From Raillietiella orientalis (lineage: Eukaryota), in contig JAYWIR010000025.1 of the NCBI GenBank assembly GCA_036172245.1, forward strand, positions 806,001 through 870,000: a DNA stretch of 64,000 bases. Direction: 5' to 3'. The notes under the pieces are model-generated. The model was not told the origin of the DNA, made no database searches, and saw only the letters and a list, made by a program, of their open reading frames with translations. The position numbers and the translations under genes are program-made. Position 1 is the first letter of the stretch. Every line of letters begins with the position of its first letter. Below are positions 26,501 to 40,944 of the stretch, one piece after another.

Positions 26501-29500
26501 CCTGGGATTGTGGAGTTACTGGTAAAAATGTGGTAGTTACCATTCTGGATGATGGAATAGAAGGGGATCATCCTGATCTTCAACAGAATTATGTAAGTAA
26601 ATGCTACTTTTTTTTATAAAGGAAGTTTTTGTTTTATACTTTTATTGTCAGATTGGAAAAATTCTTTGGTCAGGAGAGACATGATTTACAAAAGTTGTTC
26701 CCACATTGTAATGTTCATTAGACTTATGTATGATTGTTGAAGTACTTTCTAAAAAGTCCATTAATTCAGTCTTAATCAGTACATTGTTGGGATAATTTCT
26801 GTTGAGGGTTATATTTTGTAAATTTTGGTATATTTTTAAACTTTTTTTATTATATTATTTTTTGTTAGTGGTCCTGTATAGTATTGTGTATTTTATTATA
26901 TCATATGATATAAATGATTATGCATCCTTTTTTTTTCATTTTTCTTTAGTAAGTCTGATTAGGTTCATTTTGATTAATGTAGCATCATTGCAATTAAAGC
27001 AATTCAACATTAACTATTGAATATGTTTGCTCATGTTTGTCTACAGCTGTATTTGTGTAGTTGGTATTCAATGTTTGTGGGTTTTAATACTTTGTTTTGC
27101 ATTGTTTTATATTCTTGTGTTAAATCTAGCCCTCAGAATTTTGCATGGTGCTTCAATTTTTTTGTTTGTAGACCATTGGGGATTCTCCATGTAAAATTCA
27201 AGTGAAATTGTGTTTTTCGAGTTCAAGGCATATTTTCATGATAGATAGTCGCAAATTTTTATAATTCATTAAATTCCATGAGATGCATAAATACCTCATA
27301 AAGTATTTTGATATGATTCGATTGAAAATGAAGTGCTACTTATTCGTTTATCTAAGGACAATAGTGTGAATTGAAGTGGTATAATAAATTCCATTGACTA
27401 ATTTTTTTCATATGTGTCACTTTGGAGAAAAGTGAGTGTTACAATAAATACTCATTTGAATAGTAATTATTTATATATGTTACTGATCCTATTTTAAAAT
27501 AAGCATGACTTCAGAAGACACAAAAAACGTTTTGGAAATTAGTACCAAATCCAAAGTAGTCTTAATGTTTTAGATGAAATTAAAGAAATTGTGTTTTTTA
27601 ATTTCAAAAAAAGTTACATATAGATGTTTTGATTACCTTGAAACATTAAGATCATCCATATTTCATATTGCGATTATGTGACCAAGGTTTTTTAAGTAGA
27701 TTTATTTAGAGCCCTTGATATCTGTCAAATTTTGCAGTGATAAAATAAGAGATGAAATTTTTGTGCATTGCCCTAATTTTAGTAATATGTGTTACAAAAT
27801 TCTGAAATACTCATTAACTGGTCAAAATAATTTTACATCGGCAAATGTTTTCCATTAATCACGATTTCATGCTAAATAGCCCAATTCTGTTTTCTTCTCA
27901 AAAAATACCTTTTGTACAGCTTGCTTTAGCCAGGTATAAAACTAAAACTAATTAACCAATTAAATAGTTCCCACTTCCACATTATCCATTTGATTTATAT
28001 GTCAATGCAGTTTATGTTTAGAATAGGTGACATTGTTTTAGTACAAGATGGACTTTTATAGTCGTACAATTCTAATTGCAGATAATTTTCTAGCCACTAT
28101 CGCAACTGCTTATCATTCCTTGCCCTTCAGGCATGAAAATTCAAGTGACTTTTAATAGCATCGAAAGCATTTTCAATTTGCGAATTTTATCTTTATTTTC
28201 TTGCAAATTTTATTGTTTCCTCATATTTATCTCTTGAGCAAAACAAAGTCTTACAAGAATTAGAAATTGTTGTGGGATTATCATTGTGGTTGACTTGATT
28301 GTAGTGTTTATATTCATTCATTGCATTCTGTGTGAGCTGTATGAAGATTAAGATTGCATGGTGTTATCCAAATATCCTTTAATAAATAAATTGAAAGTGA
28401 CAATATTTGAACAACCATGACAAGAATTTAATTAATTTACATCTACCAGGATAAAGATGCCAGCTACGATGTAAACGACCATGATGACAACCCAATTCCA
28501 CGGTATGACAGTCTGGATTCTAATCGACATGGTACTAGATGTGCTGGAGAAGTTGCTGCGGTATTTAATAATTCTATATGTGCAGTTGGCATTGCATTTG
28601 ATGCTAAAGTAGGTGGTAAGCACAGCAGGATGGGTTTCATCTGGTTCTTATCATTTTGTCTTTATTTCTGATTTGCTTGAATGTATATGTTCATTTTCAT
28701 TATTATTACGTTTTAGTAGTTATACCTTACAGACAATTTTGACACAGGTATACGATTTGTGTGCTAACAAATAGTTGTGTACTCACTACTTTCGTTTATT
28801 TTATCAGAGTACACAAGTATTTTATGAATGTGCAATGATGAATGTGCAGTTAGCATATTTTGAGTAGACTGTTATATATTTTAAGAATGCAAGAAAAATG
28901 CTTATCAGTTTTAACATCTATAAGTAATAAGTATGTGTACAAATGAAATATTTGTGAGAATTCAGTTGTGTAAAGAAATATTCGATTTATAATATGTCAC
29001 ATTTAGTTGCTCATTTTTGTAAGTAAAAAAGTAACTCTTATTAAAATACATATTTGAAATGGAATAATATGCCAATAACATATTTGAGAACTACATGTAA
29101 ATTTTTAAATTAGGTGTTAGAATGCTGGATGGGGATGTAACTGATGCAGTTGAAGCAAAAAGTCTGAGTTTAAATCCAGAGCATATAGATATTTATTCAG
29201 CTTCATGGGGACCAGATGATGATGGGAAAACTGTAGATGGTCCTGGAAAGTTAGCAACTGAAGCATTCATTTCTGGCATACGAACGGTATAATGCATTGT
29301 ATTTTAGAAATTATCACATGCTTTTGCTGATGTATGTTAGATGTAGTAGATGGCAATGGGATTCATTTTATGTAGTGCCTCAGAGCAACATCTGAACAAA
29401 GTATGAACTTCAGAATAATTACAATCCTGTGGTTTTTATAAGGCTTAATTTTGCATAGATTCACATGGACAGTTAAATGCTTGTGCTCTGTTTTAGATTG

Positions 29501-32500
29501 TTTATAGGGTTTGTGTGTTAGTTGACAGTAATAAATGAGAGAATACATAACAACACTTTAATCATGTTTAAAAGTAATCTAAGAAAGTGCAAGCATGAAT
29601 CTCTCCATACAATCATACTCATGGAAATCCCTATATTTGTAAACATTCTAAATTGTGACATTTGATACAATAATAGGATAGGTGATGGCAAAGGTCGATT
29701 AAATTATAATGTTAAGATTTTGGTCTAGGTGCAGCAAAAAATGATGTCCGTGTTGGAAAAAGAAAAACACACAGGATCCATGATTTCATTGTGCACAAGA
29801 TTGTTTGGATTGTAGTAATTTAAGTGATTAATATGCAGTTTATATGAAAGCAGGTAGAACCAGGTAACAGGTGATTCTGTTGAGAGATTTTTCCCAGTTG
29901 GAATTCTCAAATGTAATTACTAATGTAATTGGAAAAAAATTGAAAAAAAGAAAAAACTTGAAGAAAAACTGTAACAATTCTCTGGTTGCTTAGATACGCT
30001 AGTGAGCTTTAAAAACATAATAGTTAACAATATGTTGCAAGATTGGATCTGCCCAGTAACTCAAATAAAAAACCAGAAAAGTAATTTCTTTATGTTTTTA
30101 AAATGTATAAACAGTTGTGGCACTTCTCTGGAAAACAGGCAATTCACATGTTATACAATGAGGAAATCATGGTTGTTTACTTTTCAAATAAAACCTAGAA
30201 AATGTGTGGTGTTGCATTGCTTTGTATCACCCTTTGAAGTAGGATTCCTTACTTACAAATCAATAGAGGATTTTTAGTGCTTATTTGCAAACATCTTACA
30301 GAGAGATAAGAATGGTAAATCATAATGATACAGTGCCAAAGGATGGTTTTATTTTCTTAAGTGATATATGTTTTTCCTCTCTTGAAATGATGCATGCCAT
30401 TTCATTCTCCCTTATTATATAAGGCCAACTCAATTCTTTTAGGATAACTTACAAATTTTCACATGAAAAGTGGCGTTTCCTTTTTGAGGATTAATCGATC
30501 AGGTTTGGAAAAAGTTTACTTTTTAAACTCTATTCATTGAATGTACTCAGTGCATAGATTCGTTTTTGTAGATATTCGTATATTTGTGCCATAATGGCAG
30601 TTTAGCCTCATTAGTCAAAAATGCACACATTACATAAGTGAGACATGCAGAGTTGAATTTTTCCTTTTTGTTCAAAGAAAACGAGAGTGGGTTTAGACAT
30701 GTATGACCAATAAACTTTTCAGCCTGATTCTCTAGTCACATTTTTAGTGTGTGATAATATTTTTTGCACATGTCATCAGAGCTCAATGAAAAATTTTGAA
30801 ATTTTGCACTAAAAGATAGCAGTTTCATCGTAAAATGTTTTTGCATCTGTTTAGCTTGATCTTTTTTAGCTTTGCTTTTATGTAATCTATCTTTTAGCTT
30901 GATCTTAAGGTTCGAGAAATCATGCATCTCTTTATCATTTTATTCTTATTTATTTTATTGAGGTGCAATTATATGTTCAGGAAAAGGTGCAAAAGGGGCA
31001 CATATTTTTTAGTAATATTAAAAAATATGAGCACAAATTGCATCATGCTTTCGTATTCTTCAGGTAATCTGCTTGAATACAAATATTAATTCCTAAGTCC
31101 AGCAGATTTCAATAGGAAGCAAGGAAAGAACGTTTTAAAAATCAATTTTACGGATGTCAATAAATTAAGTTCTTGATGCTCACGCCTTTTCATTGATTAA
31201 GGTATCTTAATAAGCACTGAGAACTGACTCATCATTAATTATCACAAGTTGGTGGGTAATTGTTGCTTCAGATCCAATAAAAAGGGAAACCCAAGAAATT
31301 TTGATATCTATAATTTCATTTAATTTTCAAAAAGTAACATCAGAAAGTTGTATGGAAAATTATTGAATGTTTTTTTTTCTATTAAATGTATGTTCTAACT
31401 GCAGCTGTTTGCATGCATTCATTTTATAAGGTTTCGCATGTACATGTATCACTCACTTTTTTTGAGCAATGTAAATTGAATGAAGTGTTTTTGTGGATAA
31501 CTTTCTTAAATTCTTAAAAACTAAAGGGAAGAAAAGGAAAAGGATCTATTTTTGTCTGGGCTTCTGGAAATGGTGGCAGTAAACATGATAATTGCAATTG
31601 TGATGGGTATACAAATTCTATCTGGACATTATCAATCAGTAGTGCAACAGAAAATGGTCATGTTCCCTGGTACTCTGAAGCATGCAGTTCAACTCTTGCT
31701 ACAACTTATAGCAGTGGTGAACCAAAAGAGCAACAGGTATTTGGCAAAATGTATTAATTAGAACTGTTGTTTTAATCCAGATTGTAAGCACTGATTTACA
31801 TCATCAGTGCACCTTAGGGCACACAGGGACTTCCGCTTCTGCTCCTTTAGCTGCAGGTATATGTGCATTAGCTTTATCAGCAAATCAGGAACTGACATGG
31901 AGAGATATGCAACATATTGTTGTAAGGACTGCTCGAATGGCAAATCTAAAATCTGATGATTGGCAAGTTAATGGTGTTGGTCGTAAAGGTGAGTAAAACT
32001 TGCTAATTTTTTTGATAATGACTAATTTTTTCCTTACTTATTTCCTTTTTTTTTTTTTGTTTTGGTTCTGTTTTGATTAACCAATTTACTGCAAGTTTCG
32101 AAGTTTCGTCCAGAACTCTACATTGCATTTTAGTTTTTGATGCTGTAAACTCATCATCACATCATTATATTGTGCATGTTATGTATTGCTTGTTTCATGT
32201 GTCATCTAATTGTTTTTATTTGTGTACTTTGTTTTCACTAAATATTTAGTAATTATTAAAAAATGTGACTTAAAATTGCAGGTTGTTAGTTTGACTGACA
32301 AACTGCAATTCCAGCATGATTCATGTTGCAATTGCTCATTTTTGTGTGTTGTATGAAAATCGTTATATCAGCATATGAATATTATAATTTAAGCTTAATG
32401 ACCTTTTACCGAAATTTGTAAATGTGGTCTCCAGATATTACAAAGCAAATGGAATTGATGAGATTCAAATTGGTTCACAAAATATTGTTTACATTCAGTC

Positions 32501-35500
32501 TTAATGCTCTTCACTTCGAAATTCTATCCCAAAATGAAGTAAGTGTGTAATAGGCTTTTACCTTTTTTCTTTTTCTTTACGTTGTGATCCAAATCCTCCA
32601 TATTAATGTAAGTCATTCACAAGTTTGCACATGTGAAACCAACGCAGCATTTTATGAAAGTGATTCAAAAACCTGTAGTTGATTCTGTTAGCTCTGTCTG
32701 TCAATAGCACACATTGTTATAGTGCTGGAAATTTAATAGTTTTCAAACAGTTTCATGTAGAGATGTGTTTAGATCAATAATCATACCGATTTTTGGATCA
32801 AACAACTATTCCTAAGAAGTGAACTACACTAAATGCATTACTTATTTCAACGTTAGGAACAGGAAAAGCGATTTGATGATTTATGAGTGGCCTGAATGAT
32901 CAGCTTGAATTATGGCCACTTGATTAATGTTGCAGTCATTTTTTTACTTTGAATAACTCCATTTACATTTTCATGATTTTGAATCCATTTGTGTGTATTC
33001 TTTAATACGTGTTATGTATAAAACCAGCAGTTTCCAAGAAAAATAACTTCATGTGATCTATAACTGTGTCTTTAATGCTTTAATTCAGCTTATTTATGCT
33101 TCTTTATAAAAACATTAGTGTTATCAAAAGCATTTCCATCTTAGTAACTGTATGGTAACATCTTAGTATATTACCATTCATATGGTAGACCTGTGATGTA
33201 ACTTTAAAAGGAAGCATTCTGTGTGGTACATTAAAGATTACATTTAGTATCTGGGTTTTCTAATTTGGTAGTTTGGAACTTTCTCCTTTCTCAAAATAGT
33301 CATGCCATGAAGCTACTGTTGTACCTGACACTGTTAAAATGAATCATGTGAAATCAGCGACTTTCAACTCTCTAATTTATGAAATGTTTGTTCTCGATCA
33401 GTGAGTCATTCTTTTGGTTATGGACTTCTTGATGCAGCAGCCATGGTCCAGCTTTCAAAAATATGGGAAACTGTTCCAAAGCAGTTATCTTGCTTAGTAC
33501 CATCAACAATGGATAACAAAAGCGTTCCTGGACTAAGCAAAATAAGACTTCCATTAAAAATTGATTCCACAAATTGTCCAGATATTATGTATATGGAACA
33601 TGTTCAGGTAGGTCAGCTATATTGTCAATTTTTGCAATGTTTGTTTTGAAACATGTACTTGATGATAGTTTAAGTTTATACTAAAAAATCTTTTTGGTTT
33701 GAAAAAGCATAACAAATGTAAAAGAAAGCATAGTCAATGAATATATGGTATGGCTGTCATATTTGTTCAGTTCAGGCTTTAATTTTTATAAAAGGACATC
33801 ATATGACTGAAATGGGAATATATTCTTTCTATTTCAGATCGTGATTTGTATTTAATCTTTCCTTTTATTTTTGGTTTTCAAAATCTAATATTGCAATAAC
33901 TATGTGGTAAGAAGGTGCTCATATTTTACTGTAAGGAACCTGTAGGGACTTTCTTGATGAAAAATAGATGATAGAATTTTTAGATTGTTTTCCTGTAAAG
34001 GCAAATTGGTCATATGAAAACACCTTATTTGTATCGGATTGCAGCACAGTTCCTTCTTTACATAAGTTTTGTATGCCCTGGTTTTCACACTTGACTCTTC
34101 GTAAACAGCACTTAGAGTGGGCACATTGAGTGCTTAAAAGTGTTGTCAGAAAGTATGAATTATTCGAAGAATCATTGAGAATATATTTCTGTAAACATGT
34201 TATGTTCCCTAAAAGGATTTTTACCTCCCGTTATCGAATCTCGGATTAATTATTTTGTTTTGTTTTCATTAACTTCAGTAAAAAAAAGTGCTTCGAAACT
34301 AGTGTCTAAAATTTAAAGCACATCTTCCAAGAAAAAAAAAAAGATTGCGCCCGCATTTTTGGTAAACATTTCAGCCAAAAAAAGCCGTGAAGACTTGAAG
34401 TTTTTTATCCAGTGACTGGGTATAAGTTTTGTTTTTGTTTTTTTTTTGAAGTATATGTTCAAAGCATTACTGCAAGCTACATCAAATGCCCATGAAATAC
34501 AGCATATTCATGCATGTATGGACCCATAGTATGATGACAGTGTGAATAATGAATAATCTTATAGTTGACAAATTTTTCAATGTTTTTTGTTGTATTATTT
34601 CCTATAAAATTTCCTAGCAAAAGATTAGAATAATGTGTGTGTGCCTGCAGAATGACAGGATTTTATAGTACCTATGATTACTCTTCACAGTATGTAATGT
34701 GAATTTTGTTTTCAATTTTCCGTAACGTTCGTAGCGAAATTTAGTTTGTGACGAAATTCGTGTTTGCATTTTCAGATAGGCAGTGTAGACTGTTTTGAAT
34801 ATATTATAGGGTGTATTTCTCATATTCTAGGCCAATATTACGCTAAGTACACAAAGAAGGGGCGATATCCAAATATATCTGACATCACCTTCTGGGACTC
34901 GATCCACACTTTTGGCTTCCAGACCACATGATACATCCAAAGCGGGTTTTAATGGGTGGCCCTTCATGGCCGTACATTTCTGGGGTGAACATCCAAATGG
35001 AGTTTGGTATTTGGAAATTCATAACAAAGGTGCTACTACAGGTAAGTTGATATTTAATGAAATTGCAAACCGATTAAGTGACAGAGTTGCTCACTGTTTA
35101 TTGCTTGATCTTATGGAAAACACTTTTTTGCAACACTCTGTGCCCAAAAGGCTTGTAGAGAAATCGTTGGTAATACCACGATGATTCTCATTAGTTTAAA
35201 ACTATTCACTTACCCAACTTGGCCAAGAATCGGGTTGTTTCCAAAGGATATATGATGTGTGTGTATTGGTATTCAGAAATCCCATTATTATTTTACAATG
35301 AAATTATGTAAACGAATCCTTTTAAAACATCATTTTATACTTGATCCTGATAGTTGCTTAATAAGGACATTCATTGGTTATTCATGTGTATGAAGATGCT
35401 TGTCCATATTTTGGAATTTTGTCGGTCCACAGAATCGATTAAACATCGTATGATTATGTGTGCGTTTTCGATCTTGTGAGATATGTGTTAGACAATGTGT

Positions 35501-38400
35501 TAAAAAGATCGTTAGAGAACGTGTTAACCTTGGAGAGTACGTTAAAGGACTTCAAGTTTGTACCTTTGACTGGAAGGTAGTAAGAAATCGGGTGGAAGGC
35601 TTTCTCACGGGTGCAACTTACCCGAAATCGAACTTCACGAGGATCTACGATGTAGTACGATCTCCCTGAATCCGTACTTAAGTTCTGTGGACAAAGACTC
35701 ATGTGTGCAAGACTTCGTGTCTTGTCTCGTTTCGCAAAGGCATGTTTTTTTTTTTTTTCCTCCCCATGTCCGCCTGCTACAGTGAAAAAAATTCCATACC
35801 CTTCAGGAAGCATGTTGGAAATGTGTGGATGCGGTCGAACACTTTCCACAGTACGTCGTGGGTTTGACCCACCCACCTCATTTCGTGGTTTCGCGGGTTA
35901 ATTTTCGTGTGGCGGAGTGGAATCAGTTTTCCACTCTTCTAACCACCCTGTTTCGAGAGCATGAAAACGAATTGAACAGCGAAGAGAGAAAAAGAGGGAT
36001 AGTGGAAAGCATGATTTCAGTGATTCCAAATATATGTGTATGTATATTAATTATTAAACATGTTCTACTTCGCGAACAGGGTTGCCCATTCGGTTTATAA
36101 TTTCACAAGTTGTGCTCCAAGCATTTTCGCGTAGACTTTGTTCCAGCATTTCCGTACATCCATTCAGTAGACTTCGAGGAACCTATAGCCCCGGTATAGT
36201 GCTGGTTTTTTTCTTTTCTTTAAAAAAAAAAAAAAAAAAAAAAACTTCGAGTAGTAGTTACTTGTAATTTCATGTGATTTAACTTACTGAACTGTGCTTT
36301 AGAATTTTTAGTATCATAAAAATAGGTGTGCTTTAATTCGTAAGTACGTTGTATTGGGTTGCATATTATGATGGTAAGAGGATTGGGATAGATCGTAATT
36401 TGAAGTGGGAATCCAGTCAAAAATGCATGGTGACTTTTTGCTGATGGATCGGAGTGTGCGGAACTAACGGAATTCAGATAGGAAAGAAATTAAGCCTGAT
36501 GTCTTCCATATTTGATTTAAGTTTATGTGTGGAATGATTTCCACATGTCAACAAGAGTTTCAAACACTTGTTCCATGTTTATGCAGATAATGTGGTATGA
36601 TATGTAACTCCTTGCAAAGTGATGGTGATTTTTGTAAGTGTGCTGTTGCAAGTGTATACGAACATACTCAAACGGAAAATCACAGAAAGCTGATTGTGCT
36701 GGATTGGTTTTTATCCAGAAGATTCGATGTATAAAATTTGTTTTACGTAGTGGACTCATCGTTTAGGCCTTGTGCCTGCAGCTCAAAAATTGTTTATGTG
36801 GTGATGGTTGTGTTTCATATGATTTATTGAATGATTTGATTCGTTGTTCGGTATAATGTATTCATAAATAAATGCAGCTGGAAAAATTTGTCGCTTTAAT
36901 GAAAAATGGAATAAAAAAATTATTTATTTTTTTTCGTTTTCATTTTTATGTATAAAAAGGTATGTTTCAGCCCTTTTGAACAGTTGGGATATTATTATTT
37001 ATGGTACCCTGGAAGAACCATGCAAAGGATGTTCTGAATCATCTTCCAGTAATTCCGATTCCTCAGGATTGGGCTTTCAAGTGACTCAGGAAACCAGCTC
37101 AAGCAGCATGACATATGCTCCAGCTTTAGAGTGCTTGCTAAAGGATATCTCTGGAATGTGCTTAGGTTTGTGCCTTTTCTTCTATTTCGTGCAACAAACA
37201 TTACTGCTGTGATCAATTAATTGGTGAGGTGTTAATTGGGTTCAAAGTGTTGGTGCCATACCATGGACAAATTGGGTGATGGTGTTACTGTGATTGAATA
37301 TTGGTGAGATTGCTGGTGTGTATTTGCCAGACTGACCAGATGGATTTGCTTAGTTTACATCTAGCTCTTAATTTGCCTCTGAAAAATCCCCACTAGGAGG
37401 GTAATATTCTCTCTCTAGTCAATTAACAACGCACAAAGATAAATCTGTTTATCATGTTGCATATTTTGGTAGAAAACCAAATCTTCTTAGGGAATAATTT
37501 TGTAACTCTGATGGATAATAAAACATTTTATAACATTGCATTTTTTTCTTTATACCTAAAATACTGATGACATTTTTGTTCAATACATTGGCATCTCCAG
37601 TTTGCAGGAGTATCCTACAGTTTTTTTGTCATTGTTTAAGGGTCTCGTAGTTCTTTAACTGTTGTGTGTGATTGTCAGGTAGTAATCTGTATCCAGAACA
37701 GTTTTTGTGAATAATACAGTGGTACACATCTCCGTTTTCTGGTCCACTAACTTCGGGAATTCTGGTGAGTGGTTTCTAAAGTATTTTGGATTTTGCATGT
37801 TATTGGAATCTGCTTAGCTATGTCTTAATCTCACTATTGTTTTTGTGTGTGTGTGTATGTGTGTGTACATATATTATTATTAATATATGCATACGCCAAT
37901 ATGCAATTCTGAATTATTTTCATGGCTGTTTTTCAGCATGCATTGAAGGAGCAGTTCTGGTGCAAGGAATGTGCATGACCAGCTGCCCACTGGAAAGATA
38001 TTTCTATGAAATTAAAAAAGGGAGTGCATGGTGTAGTCCTTGCCATTTTAGTTGTCGTACATGCAGGGGTAGTAACAACTATGAGTGTGATAGCTGCTTT
38101 GAAGACTATGTTTTGTATACTTCCCCTTCCAATGCCAGTAGAAAACATTGCTACTTTTCTAATTTAGTGAATGAACTGAAATCAGCCTATTACTGGTATG
38201 CCACACTTATAATATTTTTCTCTGTGTTACTGTTACTTATTTTGGGCATATTATTTTTACAATGTAAAAGTCGAAATAAGAATTGCCACTCATATTATAA
38301 TGATGTTCTATATACCAAATCGGATTCGAAAAATATGTCCAATACTTTGGAACTTTTAAAGTCACAATCTACATATATTCCATTGCAACAGGAAGAGTAA
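23533..38400 (+). CDS. Fur1: Furin-1-like subtilisin/kexin proprotein convertase, 12 coding exons
   Basis: Exons 23533-23685, 23890-23988, 25800-25916, 26464-26592, 28450-28615, 29114-29286, 31527-31736, 31781-31988, 33402-33607, 34831-35041, 36971-37165, 37937-38400. Propeptide cleavage site RVKR; catalytic [35 protein letters not shown]-domain RRGD; short Cys-rich region; TM; cytosolic tail. Confidence 0.95.
23767..23810 (+). repeat. Imperfect 11-bp tandem repeat, 4 copies, in furin intron 1
   Basis: catgagtttta cacgattttta catgaatttta cgtgattttga. Confidence 0.7.
37844..37866 (+). repeat. (TG)n microsatellite in the last furin intron
   Basis: tgtgtgtgtgtgtatgtgtgtgt. Confidence 0.8.
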
Positions 38401-38581
38401 AAGACATATTTTGAGTTACAAGATTATATTGTGCAGTTACTTGCTCATGTGTTAGCTAGATGAAGATTATAAATGCGCATCATGGACTGTGAAAGTTCTT
38501 GGAATGTGGTTTTTTTTTTTTGATTCTGACTATTGGAGACGAAAATATAATTGTTTAAGTTATGCATTATTTATTTGTAAG

Positions 38582-38587
38582 AATAAA
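38582..38587 (+). promoter_or_regulatory. Probable furin polyadenylation signal AATAAA
   Basis: AATAAA about 180 nt after the stop codon, followed by T-rich sequence. Confidence 0.5.
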
Positions 38588-40853
38588 AAAAACTGCCCAT
38601 CCAAATTGGTTTTATTTCTTGGGCTGATTTTTATTTAGAACGATCAATTGCAGCATTGTTTTTTAACATGGATGTGTATATAAAGCAAACGCGAAAATAA
38701 TTTCTCTGTAATGGTAATATTATGTAGGAACATCAGAAGAAACTTCACTTCCCTCCCTTTCTCTACTACTTCAAGTTCGTCAGGCATTGCAGGCAGCTGA
38801 CAGTACCAAGAGTTATGTTAGGTCTGTCGTTGCATACCCAGTGAATCTAAAAGAGAAACCAAAACACGTTCCTCGTGTCGAAACAAAGTTTCTGTCATAA
38901 CGGAAGGCTTGTCGGGGGAGGGATTCTGCCATAATTAAATGACATCAGTAAGATTTGTGAAGGCATTCGTTTAAAGTCACTTGTCAGCTGCTCGACAGTT
39001 ACGAATGTTCATGAGGATCCTGGCACCATGCCCTGCTTCAAAAGCGTTTGGTTGGATTTCGTAGAACTTATAAGCATGGGAATTCAAAGTACAAAATCGA
39101 ATGCTAACGAACTCACTACGAAATCGTGCATTCGATTCTCAAGTCTGTGCGTTTGGTTTACCTTTGGCATGAGGTCCCTCGCTATGCTAGGACAGTTAAT
39201 CTTCGGGTTGAAAAAAAGGGCATGGATTTGAAGGTTACGCTGTAGTTATACCTACGTCAAAAAAAAAAAAAAAAACGAAGAAAAAGAAAACAGAACCAGA
39301 GAGCTCTTGGCACCCGAAAGTACCCTCCCCTCCCCTTTTAAAGACGTCCTAAAGAAGTAACAAGATGCTAAAAGTTCACGCGGTGTTACGTAACTTGCAT
39401 TCTGACCGTTCCGTTTCCGTTAAGGTCCTGCTAAACGTCAGCAACTTTGCACCGGAGGCATTCAAACATAAAAGATTGCAACACATCGGAAAGTATCGCC
39501 ACCTTCACCAAGGTTAGGCGTGAGCAAGAGGGAATCCTCGTGGTAGCGAAAGTGCCCGAGGAATATGAGTCAACGAGGGCAACTCCGCGGAAGCGGTCGA
39601 AACGTACGAAGGCAAGCTGGGAGATTGCAGACACGTTTCCAGCCGTTGAAAGCTGGGATGTTTGAAAAGAGGATGAACTGGTACTAGGGAAGGAGGATCC
39701 AATGGTCTGGGCCGGAAATCAAGCCGGTGCCACTTAAGGCGAAATGCGCAGCAGCTGAATGAAGGGCTGCAGAATCTCAAGATGGTAGAACATAGTAGTG
39801 CGCAGAACACAACTTTGCTAAGGTTATCTGGAAAAAGATTTTTTTTTTTTTTTTTTGAAAAAAGGAAAACTACCGCCCAGTTTGCAGTATTAAAATCCGA
39901 AAAAAAATAAAATCAAATGCTCTGGATTTTAAAATCTTTGTTCCCTTTTAATGATTAAATGTGACAGCACTACTGACGCAATTCTTCTGGATGGTCCCTC
40001 TTCGGCGTCTAATAGAATGTGCTTGTGGTGTGCTCCAATACTGTGTGAAGTATTGGATTTGTGCCACAATGCGGCAGCATGCCGAAAGTTTTCTCTTTCT
40101 CAGGCAAATGGGAAACCCAAGATTTAAGTATGTAACGTTGTATGTGTTTGTGGACTTCCGTACGTCGCGCCGCGTACAGTGGCAAGGCAAGCGCTTGCTT
40201 TCTGGTACTTTTCGAGCTACCGCTGTCCGTACACGGTCTGTGAACACCGTTGGTGTGTAAATTTTCATTTTCACTGGCGTGGCCCTTCATACGGTTGAAA
40301 AAAGACACAGAGTTGTCTATACTTTGCTACCGTGTTGTCTTCGAAGTGTTTCCCTTTATGAGCTCCGTGGACTTGCTGGCTGGTTCGTTTCTTTGAAACA
40401 TCACGTTTGCGCAGACAATTTTTTCATTTGCTTTCTAAATGCAAAACTAATTTCTGTGTGTTTTTCACCTTCCATCATTCAAGCTATTTAAGCTGTCGGT
40501 GATCAATCCGTCTGTCCACGTTTTCCAACCGCGATTCGTTGCTTTTTGTCGATTTGTTCCAACTCTTTTAAGACAAGAAGTGGAATGTCAATCTGTCACC
40601 GAACGTCCCTCCAAAATGCCAATACGCCTTTTTCCCTTCCCTTCTCTAAAGTGTGTATTGAAATGGAGAAGATGAGAAATGCCACATCCGAAGTGATGGT
40701 GGCACGGAAATCCGGATGCCAGAACCACCGCCCAACGGTTCAGCGCGTGGTGCTTTGCTTCACTCTGCGGTTCCGTTGGTAGTTGGTCCGGTATGTTCTT
40801 GCCCACGAAAGGAATCTGTACAAGAAGCAAAAGAAGTGAGGTTTCAAGTCGGT

Positions 40854-40859
40854 TTTATT
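40854..40859 (-). promoter_or_regulatory. Probable troponin I polyadenylation signal AATAAA
   Basis: TTTATT on the + strand, about 85 nt downstream of the TnI stop codon. Confidence 0.5.
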
Positions 40860-40944
40860 TCGGCATTGTCTTTTCATAAGTTAAATTAAATGAACAGGAA
40901 AGCGAATAGAATATATGCGCAGTGCGAACTTAAATGTGTTGGTT

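Noticed and set aside
37786..37936. Hydrophobic N-terminal part of the 204-aa ORF
   Set aside because: Intronic; includes the TG microsatellite (CVCVCV). The real furin exon starts after tttcag at 37937.
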